From an uncultured Aggregatibacter sp. (GTDB lineage Bacteria > Pseudomonadota > Gammaproteobacteria > Enterobacterales > Pasteurellaceae), in contig NZ_CABFLM010000115.1 in NCBI RefSeq assembly GCF_901873365.1, positions 526 to 64,525 of the forward strand: a DNA stretch of 64,000 bases, written 5' to 3'. Below the pieces are notes generated by a model that was given only the letters and a program-made list of their open reading frames with translations, ran no database searches and was not told where the DNA came from. A program made the position numbers and the translations under genes. Positions 14,980-25,542 of this stretch are shown piece by piece. How positions within the stretch are numbered: the first letter of the stretch is position 1; each line of letters starts with the position of its first letter.

Positions 14980-15058
14980 GTAACGCGCTGTGGTGGGAGT
15001 TGAACCCACAATACTGCGATTGCTCGCTGACTTACCATTAGTCTACACAACGCATTAC
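14980..15058 (-). ncRNA. Candidate tRNA-like RNA lacking an anticodon loop (GNRA tetraloop), no encoded CCA
   Basis: Minus strand reads GTAATGCGTTGTG TA GACT-AATGGTA-AGTC A GCGA-GCAA-TCGC AGTATT GTGGG-TTCAACT-CCCAC CACAGCGCGTTAC; 13-bp closing stem. Confidence 0.7.
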
Positions 15059-15066
15059 TGTGCACC

Positions 15067-15095
15067 ACCCTATATACCAGCTAAAACAAAGTCAA
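15067..15095 (-). promoter_or_regulatory. Candidate sigma70 promoter of the tRNA-like RNA
   Basis: TTGACT (15095-15090), 17 nt, TAGGGT (15072-15067), ending 8 nt upstream of the RNA stem. Confidence 0.5.
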
Positions 15096-15221
15096 ATGCA
15101 TTTCTTAATCTCTATTAACACCACAGGGCGAGTGATCTTAATACACAATAAACCTAAACAAATTACCTGTTTTTATGTTTGATTTAATCATATATTGCAG
15201 ATTGCATGATATGGCGAGTCA

Positions 15222-16226
15222 TTAACGTAAACGCTTGTTCTCTTCCGTCTCCGGTTCTAAATCAAGTTTTTCCATCAATAAACGGTCGCCATCTTCTTCC
15301 GGGTTACCCGTCACAAGCAGCTTGTCGCCGTAGAAAATCGAGTTAGCCCCCGCCATGAAACACATTGCTTGCATTTCTTCGCTCATGCCTTGACGACCGG
15401 CGGATAGGCGGACGTAACTGTTTGGCATGGTAATACGTGCTACGGCAATGGTGCGCACAAATTCTGTCCAATCTAGTTCTTCTGCATCGGCAAGCGGTGT
15501 GCCTTCGATTTTCACTAATTGGTTGATAGGCACGGATTCCGGTTGCGGATCCAAATTCGCCAGGCTGGCAATCAGTCCTGCGCGTTCTTTGCGGGTTTCA
15601 TTCATACCCACAATGCCACCACAACACACTTTCAAGCCGGCTTTGCGCACTTTACCTAAGGTACTGATACGATCGTCAAAACGGCGTGTACCAATCACTT
15701 CACTGTAATGTTCCGGTGCGGTGTCTAGGTTGTGGTTGTAGTAATCCAAGCCCGCGTCTTTTAATTCTTCCGCCATGCCATCTTGCAATAAACCGAAAGT
15801 ACCGCAAGTTTCCATCCCAAGCGCTTTTACCGCTTTGATGATTTCTGTCACTTTTGCGATGTCTTTCGGTTTCGGTCCACGCCATGCGGCGCCCATACAG
15901 AAACGACCGGCACCACGTGCCTTCGCGATTTTGGCTTTTGCCACGATGTCTTCCACGTTTAACAATTCTTGATTTTGCACGCCCGTTTGATAACGCGCTG
16001 ATTGCGGACAATACCCACAATCCTCCGGACAACCACCGGTTTTAATCGACATTAAGGTAGAAAGCTGAATCGCGCGTGGATTGAAATTTTTGCGATGGAT
16101 TTGTGCTGCGCGATAAATCAAATCTAAAAAGGGTGTTTCAAATAGGGCTTCTACTTTGCACACTGACCAATATTCTGCGGTTGGATGCGGTGTGATGGAG
16201 TAAATTTGTAAGGTACTGGTTGACAT
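15222..16226 (-). CDS. bioB: Biotin synthase
   Basis: Radical SAM motif [30 protein letters not shown]. Confidence 0.98.
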   Translation of the reverse strand: MSTSTLQIYSITPHPTAEYWSVCKVEALFETPFLDLIYRAAQIHRKNFNPRAIQLSTLMSIKTGGCPEDCGYCPQSARYQTGVQNQELLNVEDIVAKAKIAKARGAGRFCMGAAWRGPKPKDIAKVTEIIKAVKALGMETCGTFGLLQDGMAEELKDAGLDYYNHNLDTAPEHYSEVIGTRRFDDRISTLGKVRKAGLKVCCGGIVGMNETRKERAGLIASLANLDPQPESVPINQLVKIEGTPLADAEELDWTEFVRTIAVARITMPNSYVRLSAGRQGMSEEMQAMCFMAGANSIFYGDKLLVTGNPEEDGDRLLMEKLDLEPETEENKRLR

Positions 16227-16241
16227 AGGTTTCTCGATAAA

Positions 16242-16532
16242 TTAAATACTGGTACTTCTCGGTGTGAACGCAAGATTCACACCTAATGCATTGACAATTT
16301 TAGTAATTGTTTCAAAGCGAGGTTTACTCTCGCCGGACAAGGTTTTATATAAACTTTCACGGGGAACCCCGGAATCTTTAGCCAGCTGCGTCATACCTCT
16401 TGCCTTGGCTACATTTTTTAGAGCAAGTAAAAATTCCGCTTCTGAACCATTCTCCAATGCATCCGTTAAATAAAATGCAATGGTTTCTTCGTCTGTGAGA
16501 TATTTTGCAGCATCATATTCGATAAACTTCAT
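16242..16532 (-). CDS. Addiction-module antidote, HTH antitoxin (HI1420 family)
   Basis: YDAAKYL...VAKARGMTQLAKDSGVPRESLYKTLSGESKPRFETI. Confidence 0.9.
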   Translation of the reverse strand: MKFIEYDAAKYLTDEETIAFYLTDALENGSEAEFLLALKNVAKARGMTQLAKDSGVPRESLYKTLSGESKPRFETITKIVNALGVNLAFTPRSTSI

Positions 16533-16837
16533 GAGACTTCTCCTTGTTGGTATTCAAGCCATAATTTAATTGCTTCATCAATATCCTGTTGCTGGCTGCG
16601 TTTATCGCCACCACTAATTAAAAAATAAGTGATTTCGCCTTGCCGAGCATAATAAACTCGATAACCTTTTCCGGTATCAATGCGCATTTCATAAACACCT
16701 TGCCCAACAAACTTGCAATCGCCGAAGTTGCCTAATCTCGCACGATCTAATCGACGTGTGATCATCGCAACCGCCAATTTATCTTTTAGATGACTTAACC
16801 ATTTATCAAATTTTTCACTGGTTAAAAGTACGTTCAT
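16529..16837 (-). CDS. RelE/ParE-superfamily addiction-module killer toxin (HI1419 family)
   Basis: GNFGDCKFVGQGVYEMRIDTGKGYRVYY...GGDKRSQQQDI; overlaps the antitoxin start. Confidence 0.9.
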   Translation of the reverse strand: MNVLLTSEKFDKWLSHLKDKLAVAMITRRLDRARLGNFGDCKFVGQGVYEMRIDTGKGYRVYYARQGEITYFLISGGDKRSQQQDIDEAIKLWLEYQQGEVS

Positions 16838-16859
16838 ATTATCCCTTAATTTTACTTTA

Positions 16860-16879
16860 TTGTAATCTAGAGATTACAA
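16860..16879. promoter_or_regulatory. Palindromic operator upstream of the toxin-antitoxin pair
   Basis: TTGTAATCT-AG-AGATTACAA, a perfect 9-bp inverted repeat about 22 nt before the toxin start. Confidence 0.65.
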
Positions 16880-16900
16880 CTTTTTATTCCTCCCATCATA

Positions 16901-17545
16901 TCAATTCATTGCTAATGCGCTTATCCGACCATTTTCAATACGAAGCATACGATCCACTTTGCCCGTCAGCTCTGACGGTTGATGGGTCACAAGCAACAAT
17001 GTTAGGTTTTTACTGTGGCAAAGTGCATCAATCAAATTGAGCATGTCCATTCTCAATTCAGGATCAAGCGCAGAAAACGGTTCGTCTAACAGCAAAATCG
17101 GTTTATCTCGCAATAAACAACGCGCCAATGCGACCCGTTGTTTTTGTCCTCCCGACAAACTGTTTGGCAGACGGGATAAAAAGGATGTTAATCCTACCGC
17201 ATCAGCAACCTGTTCGATCTGATCTTGCTCAAGTGCGGTCAATTTTAAGCTTGTTTTTAAACCCAATGCCAAATTTTGTTGCACGGTTAAATGCGGAAAT
17301 AAATTGTTCTCTTGAAACAACATGGACACAGGCCGCTCATACGGCGCACTACGGGTATGGTTTTCACCGTTTAACCAAATATTGCCTTGTGTCGGCAACA
17401 CGAAACCGGCAATTAAATTTAACAACGTGCTTTTACCTGCACCGCTTGGACCAATAATGGCAATACGCTCCCCTGCTGCCACTTGCAAGTCAAATGTCAT
17501 TGGCAGGGTATCATCCGCTAAAAATACGTTATCTAAGCGAATCAT
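16901..17545 (-). CDS. thiQ: Thiamine ABC transporter ATPase (start taken at MIRLDNV)
   Basis: GPSGAGKST and [13 protein letters not shown]; follows thiP. Confidence 0.93.
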   Translation of the reverse strand: MIRLDNVFLADDTLPMTFDLQVAAGERIAIIGPSGAGKSTLLNLIAGFVLPTQGNIWLNGENHTRSAPYERPVSMLFQENNLFPHLTVQQNLALGLKTSLKLTALEQDQIEQVADAVGLTSFLSRLPNSLSGGQKQRVALARCLLRDKPILLLDEPFSALDPELRMDMLNLIDALCHSKNLTLLLVTHQPSELTGKVDRMLRIENGRISALAMN

Positions 17546-19172
17546 GTTGTTCCTTTTGATTTTCAATTAAGGCGAAAATAGCGCCGCATAATAACAGCAA
17601 AATACCGGCAGTGACAGCGGCTTCTTGGTGACGATAACTGCCTAATTGTTGGTATAACAAATGGGGCAACGAGGTAAATTCTTGGTTGCCGAACAACGCA
17701 ATCGCCGTGAAATCCCCCAAGGAAAGCGCAAATGCCAAGGCAAGCGCATAGTTTATCGGTGTACGAAGTGAATGCCATTCAATCAGACGAAAACGTTGCC
17801 AGCCGATAATCCCAAGGGAATTACACAAACGTTCGTAATACAACATATTGTTATTGAACGGTTCAGTTAAAATACGCAGTACGAAAGGCATGGCGCTCAA
17901 GGCGTTACACGCAACGACAATGGCAAATAAATGGGTATTGGTAAAATCCACGTCACGCAACAATAAAAATAAACCCATCGCCAACACCAAAATGGGAATC
18001 GCCAAAATCACCATGCCGGCATTGAGAATAAATTGGGCGGTTTTTACATAATACAGCCATTGCAAACGACGTGAGAGCAACAACAATGCCACCGCCATGA
18101 GCAATGCCAGCAAAGCAGACGCAGGCGCAATAGTTAACGAGTAGGTTAAGGCCTTCCACAGTTGCGGATTGTGCCACGCCGTCAGCCATTTTCCGGATGT
18201 CAGTGCGCTAAACAAAATATTTAACAACGGCGACAACATAAAACACACAAAAATGCCGAGCAAAAAAACATGGAAAATTTTGATCGCACTTTTCGATGGG
18301 CTCAGCCAACGATACGGGCTACTTAACGTGGTTTGTGAAGTGTTATTGAACAGACTGCTAAACGTAAATAGCAACAAACAAAACACAAACTGCAACAAGG
18401 CAAACACTGCCGCTTTCGGCAAATCAAATTCAAATAAAATCGCCTGATAAATCGCCGTTTCTAGCGTGGTATATTGCGGCCCACCGCCTAAGGTGAGCAC
18501 CACCGTAAAACTGGTAAAACAGAGCATAAAAATCAAGCTGAAAGTCGGCAACATCTGACGACGCAGTGCATGCCATTCCACCAATCGCACAAAACGCCAA
18601 CCACGAATACTCAGTTGTGCCGCCAACTGATGCTGTTCATAAGGAATGCTTTCCAAACTTTGTAAAAACAGTTTGGTTGCCAGCGGAATGTTAAAGAAAA
18701 GATGCGCAATTAAAATCCCCGACAAGCCGTAAATGCTGCCCGTCCAAGTGCGGTCAAAAAAATGCAAGAGTTGTGCAATCCAACCGGAGGCGCCATAAAT
18801 GCCAATTAAGCCGAAAATCGCCACCAACACCGGCAACACAAAAGTTAGCGACATGATTTTCAGCAAAAAGGCTTTGCCGACAAATTCCACATAATAAAAA
18901 GCGCGAGCGAGTAGCATGCCGAAGAACAGGGATAACAACGCAGAAAGCAACGCTTGTCCGAAGCTAAACGCGATAACGTGATGCAAATAGCGATCGGAAA
19001 AGAATTGTTGCCACTGAAATTCAGAGCCCTGCGCCAACACGGCACGCATGGCAAAACCATAAAGCAACGAAATCAGCAAAATAACGCTAACTCCGCCCAC
19101 ATGATGACGCGGGCGGAATTGCGGGCTAGAAAAAAACAAACGGGTAAACAATGAACGAGACAACCAAAACAT
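17529..19172 (-). CDS. thiP: Thiamine ABC transporter permease
   Basis: [20 protein letters not shown] and [12 protein letters not shown]; lies between thiB and thiQ. Confidence 0.94.
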   Translation of the reverse strand: MFWLSRSLFTRLFFSSPQFRPRHHVGGVSVILLISLLYGFAMRAVLAQGSEFQWQQFFSDRYLHHVIAFSFGQALLSALLSLFFGMLLARAFYYVEFVGKAFLLKIMSLTFVLPVLVAIFGLIGIYGASGWIAQLLHFFDRTWTGSIYGLSGILIAHLFFNIPLATKLFLQSLESIPYEQHQLAAQLSIRGWRFVRLVEWHALRRQMLPTFSLIFMLCFTSFTVVLTLGGGPQYTTLETAIYQAILFEFDLPKAAVFALLQFVFCLLLFTFSSLFNNTSQTTLSSPYRWLSPSKSAIKIFHVFLLGIFVCFMLSPLLNILFSALTSGKWLTAWHNPQLWKALTYSLTIAPASALLALLMAVALLLLSRRLQWLYYVKTAQFILNAGMVILAIPILVLAMGLFLLLRDVDFTNTHLFAIVVACNALSAMPFVLRILTEPFNNNMLYYERLCNSLGIIGWQRFRLIEWHSLRTPINYALALAFALSLGDFTAIALFGNQEFTSLPHLLYQQLGSYRHQEAAVTAGILLLLCGAIFALIENQKEQHDSLR

Positions 19173-19180
19173 CGTTCGAA

Positions 19181-20185
19181 TTATTTAGTTAATGTGGTTT
19201 GCCATTGATTAATCCAACTCCGCAACATTTCCGGGCTAACATTGGAGGTATTCAAGAAAGACTGCTTCAATACAGTTTCTTTTAGGGCATCAAAGTGCGG
19301 TTCAACCGGCGCTTGGATCACCGGGAACATCACATTTGCCGTGACAATCGGCTTTTGCGCTTCCGGTGTCACTAAAAAATCCATGAAATGATCAGCACAT
19401 TGATTTTTATGCTCTGCGATTCGCGCAGCCAATTCCACTTGCATCACATTGCCTTCAGCAAACGTGGTTGCCGCATAATTCTCTTTATTTTCAAATAATT
19501 GATGGTATAACGGCGAGGTGGTGTAACTCAATACAACATCCGCTTCTCCTTTTAGAAAAGCACCGTAAGTGTCCGACCAGCCCTTGCCCACAGTAACTGT
19601 GTGTTTGGCGAGTTGTTGCCAGGCTTGCGCCACTTGGTCTGCCGGATAAACCGTATTCATCCACACTAACAACCCCCGTCCCACGCTGCTGGTGCGAGGA
19701 TCTTGATAGATCACACGTAAATCTTCCCGCTCAACCAATTCTTTTAGGCTTTTCGGTGGATTTTTCACTTTATTTTTATCATATATAAAGGCATACGTGC
19801 CGAAATCGTAAGGCAAGAACGTGTTATCCGTCCATTGATTTGGTAAAGAAAGCTGGCTTAAGTCGATGCTATTTGAATCAAATAATTGGCTTTTTTTCGC
19901 TTCATCCAATACAAAATTATCCAAGCCTAACACGATATCCGCTTTGGTTTTATGCCCTTCCAGACGCACGCGGTTAAACAACGTGCCGCCGCTTTCAAAT
20001 GGCATATAATTCACCTTGCAAAGTGGAAATTGCTGTTCAAATGCCTGCTTCACTTTCGGGCCGGCGCCCCAATCAGACGTAAAAGAATCGTAAGTATAAA
20101 TATTCACGGTTTCTTCATAATGATTCGCCAATGCCATACCGGTATATAAAGAAAGTGCGGTCAAAATTAACGTTGTTTTTTTCAT
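19181..20185 (-). CDS. thiB: Thiamine-binding periplasmic protein
   Basis: Signal peptide; YTYDSFTSDWGAGP, DPRTSSVG and VLSYTTSP. Confidence 0.95.
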   Translation of the reverse strand: MKKTTLILTALSLYTGMALANHYEETVNIYTYDSFTSDWGAGPKVKQAFEQQFPLCKVNYMPFESGGTLFNRVRLEGHKTKADIVLGLDNFVLDEAKKSQLFDSNSIDLSQLSLPNQWTDNTFLPYDFGTYAFIYDKNKVKNPPKSLKELVEREDLRVIYQDPRTSSVGRGLLVWMNTVYPADQVAQAWQQLAKHTVTVGKGWSDTYGAFLKGEADVVLSYTTSPLYHQLFENKENYAATTFAEGNVMQVELAARIAEHKNQCADHFMDFLVTPEAQKPIVTANVMFPVIQAPVEPHFDALKETVLKQSFLNTSNVSPEMLRSWINQWQTTLTK

Positions 20186-20206
20186 GTGTCTGTTCCTCAG
20201 TCTAAA

Positions 20207-21016
20207 TTACATTTTATTTTGATAAGCCCAATGATTGGTCGGCCCATGTCCATGACCGATATTTAACGGATGGCTAATTGCTGCCGTAATGTAGTCTTTT
20301 GCGGTTTTAATCGCCTGTTCCAGGGAAACGCCTTTGGCAAGCTCCGCCGTCATACAAGCGGAGAACGTGCAACCCGTGCCATGGGTTTGCGCTGTTGCAT
20401 AACGTGGACTTTCTAAAGTCAATTGCGCGTCAGGAGTAAAAACCCAATCACGGCATACCGCACTTTGTGAATGCGCGCTGTGTCCGCCTTTAATCACCAC
20501 GGTTTTCACACCACGCGCCTGCAAAATTTGCGCCGCGTGTTGCGCCGTTTGATCGTCAATGACTTCCACACCTGTCAGTGCCTTGGCTTCCGGCAAGTTC
20601 GGCGTAATCACATCTGCCAACGGCAATAAAAATGTATTCAAAGAATCGACCGCACTTTGTTGCAACAATGGCGCACCGCCTTTGGCGATCATGACAGGAT
20701 CTAACACCAACATGCCGAAGTGATACTGCTTTAATGCCTCAGCGACACATTCGATAATCTCTGCTGTGCCTAACATACCGATTTTAAAGGCGCTAATCGT
20801 GAAATCATCAGCAATCGCTTTCAGCTGGCTTTGAATGGTTTGAAGAGGAATGGCGTGAATGTCAAAGACGCCTAAGGTATTTTGCGCCGTGACGGCCGTA
20901 ATCACCGAAGTACCAAACACACCTCGCATTTGAAAGGTTTTTAAATCTGCCTGAATTCCGGCGCCACCGCCGCTATCTGACCCAGCAATGGTCAACGCCT
21001 GCGCGACTTTACTCAT
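20207..21016 (-). CDS. thiD: Hydroxymethylpyrimidine/phosphomethylpyrimidine kinase (start taken at MSKVAQ)
   Basis: TIAGSDSGGGAGIQADLKTF and THGTGCTFS; GGAGG RBS before the ATG at 21016. Confidence 0.96.
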   Translation of the reverse strand: MSKVAQALTIAGSDSGGGAGIQADLKTFQMRGVFGTSVITAVTAQNTLGVFDIHAIPLQTIQSQLKAIADDFTISAFKIGMLGTAEIIECVAEALKQYHFGMLVLDPVMIAKGGAPLLQQSAVDSLNTFLLPLADVITPNLPEAKALTGVEVIDDQTAQHAAQILQARGVKTVVIKGGHSAHSQSAVCRDWVFTPDAQLTLESPRYATAQTHGTGCTFSACMTAELAKGVSLEQAIKTAKDYITAAISHPLNIGHGHGPTNHWAYQNKM

Positions 21017-21154
21017 GAAGTCCTCCGCCATTTACCGGCACAGAACGACAAAACGCATATTGCATCATTGTTCCTTTTTTAATAAAAAAAGATAATCAGC
21101 AATAATGACGAATGAAGAAGATGTGGAGAAAAAGAAAGGAAGTATGATTTTCTC

Positions 21155-21226
21155 GTTAGTTCCCTACGTCAGTATTAACTGTATCAGGTTCACGGGTATG
21201 ATCTCAGCACAAAGCACCCCGACTAA
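21155..21226 (-). promoter_or_regulatory. TPP riboswitch
   Basis: Minus strand GGGGTGC...GCTGAGA...ACCCGTGAACCTGATACAGTTAATACTGACGTAGGGA upstream of thiD-thiBPQ. Confidence 0.95.
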
Positions 21227-21341
21227 TAATAGGGTTCAGTCTATCTATTTTGTAGTGAGAGGGCAAGGGATTTATCAGATATGCACAAGCGACAACGTAC
21301 AGTCGGAAGCAAGAGTATGAATCAGAAGATAATGAAGAAAA

Positions 21342-21416
21342 TGGCTGGGGTACTAGGATTCGAACCTAGGGATGCCGAGATCAAAACCCGGTGCCTTACC
21401 GCTTGGCGATACCCCA
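21342..21416 (-). tRNA. tRNA-Gln(TTG)
   Basis: 75-nt cloverleaf TGGGGTATCGCCAAGCGGTAAGGC...TTTTGAT...CCCCAGCCA. Confidence 0.97.
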
Positions 21417-21444
21417 ACAACTATGTTGATATCAATGAAATAAA

Positions 21445-21529
21445 TGGTGCGGGACGAGGGACTTGAACCCACACACCTCGCGGCGCCGGAACCTAAATCC
21501 GGTGCGTCTACCAATTTCGCCAGTCCCGC
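21445..21529 (-). tRNA. tRNA-Leu(TAG)
   Basis: 85-nt class II cloverleaf GCGGGACTGGCGAAATTGGTAGACGC...TTTAGGT...CCCGCACCA. Confidence 0.97.
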
Positions 21530-21534
21530 AATAA

Positions 21535-21611
21535 TGGTGGCTATGACGGGATTCGAACCTGTGACCCCAACATTATGAGTGTTGTGCTCTAACCAACTGA
21601 GCTACATAGCC
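21535..21611 (-). tRNA. Elongator tRNA-Met(CAT)
   Basis: GGCTATGTAGCTCAGTTGGTTAGAGC...CTCATAA...ATAGCCACCA; Met-Leu-Gln order as in the metT operon. Confidence 0.96.
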
Positions 21612-21647
21612 ATTCATTTGCATTATCTCATTGACTTTGCGCGGCGT

Positions 21648-21676
21648 ATTATGCGGATATTGCTTTTGCTCGTCAA
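21648..21676 (-). promoter_or_regulatory. Sigma70 promoter of the tRNA Met-Leu-Gln operon
   Basis: TTGACG-17 nt-CATAAT followed by the GC-rich discriminator ACGCCGCGC. Confidence 0.8.
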
Positions 21677-21835
21677 CTCTTTTTTTATGAAAAAAACTAT
21701 TTTTGGCGTATTCGAATAGAGATTAAGCAAATCGTATTAGTTTTGTTCATTGTAGGTAGATAACTGACCTTATTTTAGAGGAGATTCAAAGCAGTAAGGT
21801 TGTTTTTAGTTAATTAAAAATCAATGTTTTTCTCA

Positions 21836-21857
21836 AAATGTGATCTGACGCATATTT
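21836..21857. promoter_or_regulatory. Possible CRP site upstream of uspA
   Basis: AAATGTGATCTGACGCATATTT versus consensus AAATGTGA-N6-TCACATTT. Confidence 0.45.
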
Positions 21858-21923
21858 TTTCCTATATGGCGGTGCTATTATGTGAATGACAAAAAATAAC
21901 CCTGATCAGATAAGGAGTCGATT

Positions 21924-22349
21924 ATGTACAAACATGTATTAGTTGCAGTAGATCTTTCAGAAGAAAGTCCGGTTCTTTTGAAAAAAGCAGTGGGTGTTGC
22001 ACGGCGGCATGATGCGAAATTATCCATCATCCACGTAGATGTAAACTTTTCGGATCTTTATACAGGTTTGATCGATGTCAATATGGTCTCCATGCAGGAT
22101 CGAATTTCCAGCGAAACTCAACAAACATTGTTGCAATTAGCTGAACAAGCAGGGTATCCGGTGAGTGAGAAATTAAGTGGAAGTGGTGATTTAGGGCAAG
22201 TTCTATCAGATGCGATTGAACAATATGATGTGGATTTGCTTGTGACCGGACATCACCAAGATTTTTGGAGTAAGTTGATGTCTTCAACTCGCCAAGTGAT
22301 GAATTCCATTAAGATTGATATGCTTGTTGTTCCTCTTCGTGAAGAATAA
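21924..22349 (+). CDS. uspA: Universal stress protein A
   Basis: [15 protein letters not shown]...[13 protein letters not shown]. Confidence 0.97.
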   Translation: MYKHVLVAVDLSEESPVLLKKAVGVARRHDAKLSIIHVDVNFSDLYTGLIDVNMVSMQDRISSETQQTLLQLAEQAGYPVSEKLSGSGDLGQVLSDAIEQYDVDLLVTGHHQDFWSKLMSSTRQVMNSIKIDMLVVPLREE

Positions 22350-22561
22350 TTGTTAAAGCTCACCTGTTATTAAAGGCAGAAAAAAAGAACCGCACTTCAC
22401 GAAGTTAGAGCGTAAGTGCGGTTTTGTTTTCTTCATTTTTAAGAAAAGAGAAATGGTTTCGTAAAAAGTTTTTCTATAAATATAAAAAATATGCAAGAAT
22501 AGGAAGTTACGCAGTAATTTGTAAATAATTAAGTAAAGACGTTAAAGTTTAAGGCTTATAC

Positions 22562-25186
22562 ATGAAAACAACAGCACAAATTCGACAAGCATATCTGGAT
22601 TTCTTTCATAGTAAAGGGCATCAGGTTGTAGAAAGCAGTTCTCTCGTTCCGGATAATGATCCGACATTATTATTTACCAACGCCGGGATGAACCAATTTA
22701 AAAATGTTTTTTTAGGATTAGAAAAACGCCCTTATACCCGAGCAACCACTGCACAACGTTGTGTACGTGCCGGGGGAAAACATAACGATTTAGAAAATGT
22801 GGGCTATACCGCAAGACACCATACTTTCTTTGAAATGTTAGGGAACTTCAGTTTCGGTGATTATTTTAAGCATGATGCGATTCATTACGGTTGGGAGTTT
22901 TTGACTTCTCCACAGTGGCTGGGGTTACCAAAAGAAAAATTATGGGTAACCGTGTACGAAACCGATGATGAAGCCTATAACATTTGGCATCGGGAAATCG
23001 GTATTCCGGCAGAACGTATTATTCGTATCGGTGATAACAAAGGTGCGCCTTATGCTTCGGATAACTTCTGGCAAATGGGTGATACCGGTCCTTGTGGTCC
23101 TTGTACGGAGATTTTCTACGATCATGGCGATCATATTTGGGGTGGACCTCCTGGCTCTCCTGAAGAGGATGGTGACCGTTATATTGAAATTTGGAACATC
23201 GTGTTCATGCAATTTAACCGCCATGCTGACGGCACAATGGAGAAATTGCCAAAACCATCCGTGGATACCGGTATGGGCTTGGAGCGAATTAGTGCGGTAT
23301 TGCAACACGTCAACTCCAACTATGATATTGATATTTTTAAAACCTTAATTGCCAAAGTGGCAGAGTTAACCGGTGTGAAAGATTTAACCAATAAATCATT
23401 ACGTGTTATTGCTGACCACATCCGTTCTTGCGCTTATTTAATTGCTGATGGTGTCGTGCCTTCTAACGAAGGTCGTGGTTATGTGCTTCGCCGTATTATT
23501 CGTCGCGCCGTACGTCATGGGCATTTACTCGGTGCAACAGAAGCATTCTTCTATAAACTCGTCCCAACACTGATTGATGTGATGGCAGAAGCCGGTAAAG
23601 AAGTGAAAAAACATCAAGCGACAGTGGAAAAATTCTTGCGCTTAGAAGAAGAACAATTTGCTCGCACATTAGAACGTGGTTTGACTTTGTTGGATGACGC
23701 GTTGGCCAATGTAAAAGAGAATATCCTGTCCGGTGAAGTGGCGTTCAAGTTATATGATACCTATGGTTTCCCACTGGATTTAACCGCAGATGTTTGCCGT
23801 GAGCGTGGCATTGCGATTGATGAAGAGGGCTTTGAGCGTGAAATGGAATTGCAACGAGTTCGCGCACAATCGGCAAGCCAATTTGGCATGGACTATAACA
23901 GCGTTATCCGTGTTGATGGGACAACCCGTTTTGAAGGATATACCGAGTCAGAAACACTGGCAAAAGTGACCGCACTTTTCCATGAGGGAAATCCGGTGGA
24001 ATCGATTTCAGCAGGTCAAAGCGCAGTAGTTATTTTAGATAATACGCCGTTCTATGCAGAATCCGGCGGCCAAATTGGTGATATCGGTCGTTTAGAAGGC
24101 AATGGTTTTTGTTTTGACGTAAAAGACACGCAAAAATATGGTCAAGTGTTTGGCCACATTGGTGAACTCACACAAGGGAGTTTATCTGTTGGGCAGTCTG
24201 TAAATGCAGTTGTTGACGATGTTCGCCGTCAACGTATTTCGTTAAATCACTCCGCAACACACTTGTTGCATGCTGCATTACGTCAAGTATTAGGTGAACA
24301 TGTCGCGCAAAAAGGTTCACTTGTTTCCGATACGTTGTTACGTTTTGACTTTGCTCAACATGAAGCCATCAGCAAAGCACAATTAGCTGAGGTTGAACGT
24401 ATTGTGAACCAGCAAGTGAGAGCAAATAATCCAATCCAAACCGACATTATGGAGTTGGAAGCCGCAAAAGCAAAAGGTGCGATGGCGTTATTCGGCGAGA
24501 AGTATTCCGAACAAGTTCGTGTCTTAACGATGGGTGATTTCTCTATTGAGTTGTGTGGTGGTATTCATGCAAAACGCACGGGAGATATCGGATTATTTAA
24601 AATCGTAACAGAAACCGCTGTAGCAGCAGGTATTCGTCGAATTGAAGCGATTACCGGCGAGACTGCGATTGAATGGTTGCAACATCAACAAACTTTATTG
24701 AATCAAAGCGCCGAATTACTGAAATCCGATGTGAATTCTATTGTGGATAAGATTTCTCTGTTGCAAGATAAATGTAAGAAAGTTGAGAAAGAGTTACACA
24801 CGTTAAAAGAGAAAGCTGCACTTCAAGCCGGTAATGAGTTGGCGCAAAGTGCGGTCGAAATTAATGGTGTTTCTGTGATTGTGCAACAGCTTGATGGTAT
24901 CGAAGCGAAGTCTTTACGCGCAATGGTTGATAGTCTGAAAAATCAATTAGGCTCTGCCGTCGTGGTGTTTGCTTCCGCGTTGGATGAAAAAGTTAACTTA
25001 ATTGTTGGCGTAACGCAGGATCTAACAGCCAAAGTGAAAGCCGGTGAGCTCGTGAATTTAATGGCTCAACAAGTCGGTGGTAAAGGCGGTGGTCGACCTG
25101 ATATGGCGATGGCCGGTGGTACTGAACCGCAAAATATCAACAAAGCATTATCTGTTTGCTCTGATTGGTTAAAAGCAAATTTATAA
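22562..25186 (+). CDS. alaS: Alanine--tRNA ligase
   Basis: [27 protein letters not shown] and GGKGGG. Confidence 0.99.
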   Translation: MKTTAQIRQAYLDFFHSKGHQVVESSSLVPDNDPTLLFTNAGMNQFKNVFLGLEKRPYTRATTAQRCVRAGGKHNDLENVGYTARHHTFFEMLGNFSFGDYFKHDAIHYGWEFLTSPQWLGLPKEKLWVTVYETDDEAYNIWHREIGIPAERIIRIGDNKGAPYASDNFWQMGDTGPCGPCTEIFYDHGDHIWGGPPGSPEEDGDRYIEIWNIVFMQFNRHADGTMEKLPKPSVDTGMGLERISAVLQHVNSNYDIDIFKTLIAKVAELTGVKDLTNKSLRVIADHIRSCAYLIADGVVPSNEGRGYVLRRIIRRAVRHGHLLGATEAFFYKLVPTLIDVMAEAGKEVKKHQATVEKFLRLEEEQFARTLERGLTLLDDALANVKENILSGEVAFKLYDTYGFPLDLTADVCRERGIAIDEEGFEREMELQRVRAQSASQFGMDYNSVIRVDGTTRFEGYTESETLAKVTALFHEGNPVESISAGQSAVVILDNTPFYAESGGQIGDIGRLEGNGFCFDVKDTQKYGQVFGHIGELTQGSLSVGQSVNAVVDDVRRQRISLNHSATHLLHAALRQVLGEHVAQKGSLVSDTLLRFDFAQHEAISKAQLAEVERIVNQQVRANNPIQTDIMELEAAKAKGAMALFGEKYSEQVRVLTMGDFSIELCGGIHAKRTGDIGLFKIVTETAVAAGIRRIEAITGETAIEWLQHQQTLLNQSAELLKSDVNSIVDKISLLQDKCKKVEKELHTLKEKAALQAGNELAQSAVEINGVSVIVQQLDGIEAKSLRAMVDSLKNQLGSAVVVFASALDEKVNLIVGVTQDLTAKVKAGELVNLMAQQVGGKGGGRPDMAMAGGTEPQNINKALSVCSDWLKANL

Positions 25187-25325
25187 TCTTTGTTTCCTGT
25201 TAATTAATTGTCGGCACTTATGATTTCATGAGTGCCAAAGTACAAAGTATTGTTTAATGTTTGATAGGGATGTTGGAAGCAAAATAGGGAAGTTGGAAAT
25301 AAACTATAAAAGGTGAGGAGTTTAT

Positions 25326-25511
25326 ATGCTGATCTTAACCCGTAAAGTTGGCGAGAGCTTGCTCATCGGCGATGATGTTTCTATCACGATTCTTAATATA
25401 CGAGGCAACCAAGTAAAAATTGGCGTGCAAGCCCCGAAGGATGTTTCTGTTCATAGAGAAGAAATTTACCAGCGTATTCATCAAACTAAGGATGAAAACA
25501 AAGTATCGTAA
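25326..25511 (+). CDS. csrA: Carbon storage regulator
   Basis: [12 protein letters not shown]...VHREEIY. Confidence 0.98.
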   Translation: MLILTRKVGESLLIGDDVSITILNIRGNQVKIGVQAPKDVSVHREEIYQRIHQTKDENKVS

Positions 25512-25542
25512 TTTTTATTTTATGGGTAGTTGAAGTCAGTCG

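Noticed and set aside
14952..14985. Plus-strand promoter starting TTGACA
   Set aside because: No acceptable -10 element at 16-18 nt spacing.
14632..15009. 125-aa repeat-containing ORF on the minus strand
   Set aside because: It stays open because the 162-bp period is a multiple of 3; it starts at a GTG inside the T arm of the tRNA-like element and has no RBS.
14980..15058. Ordinary tRNA, tRNA-Sec or an attR copy of tRNA-Ile2
   Set aside because: It has no 7-nt anticodon loop, long variable arm or CCA; it is in the opposite orientation to tRNA-Ile2 and does not duplicate its 3' end; no integrase is nearby.
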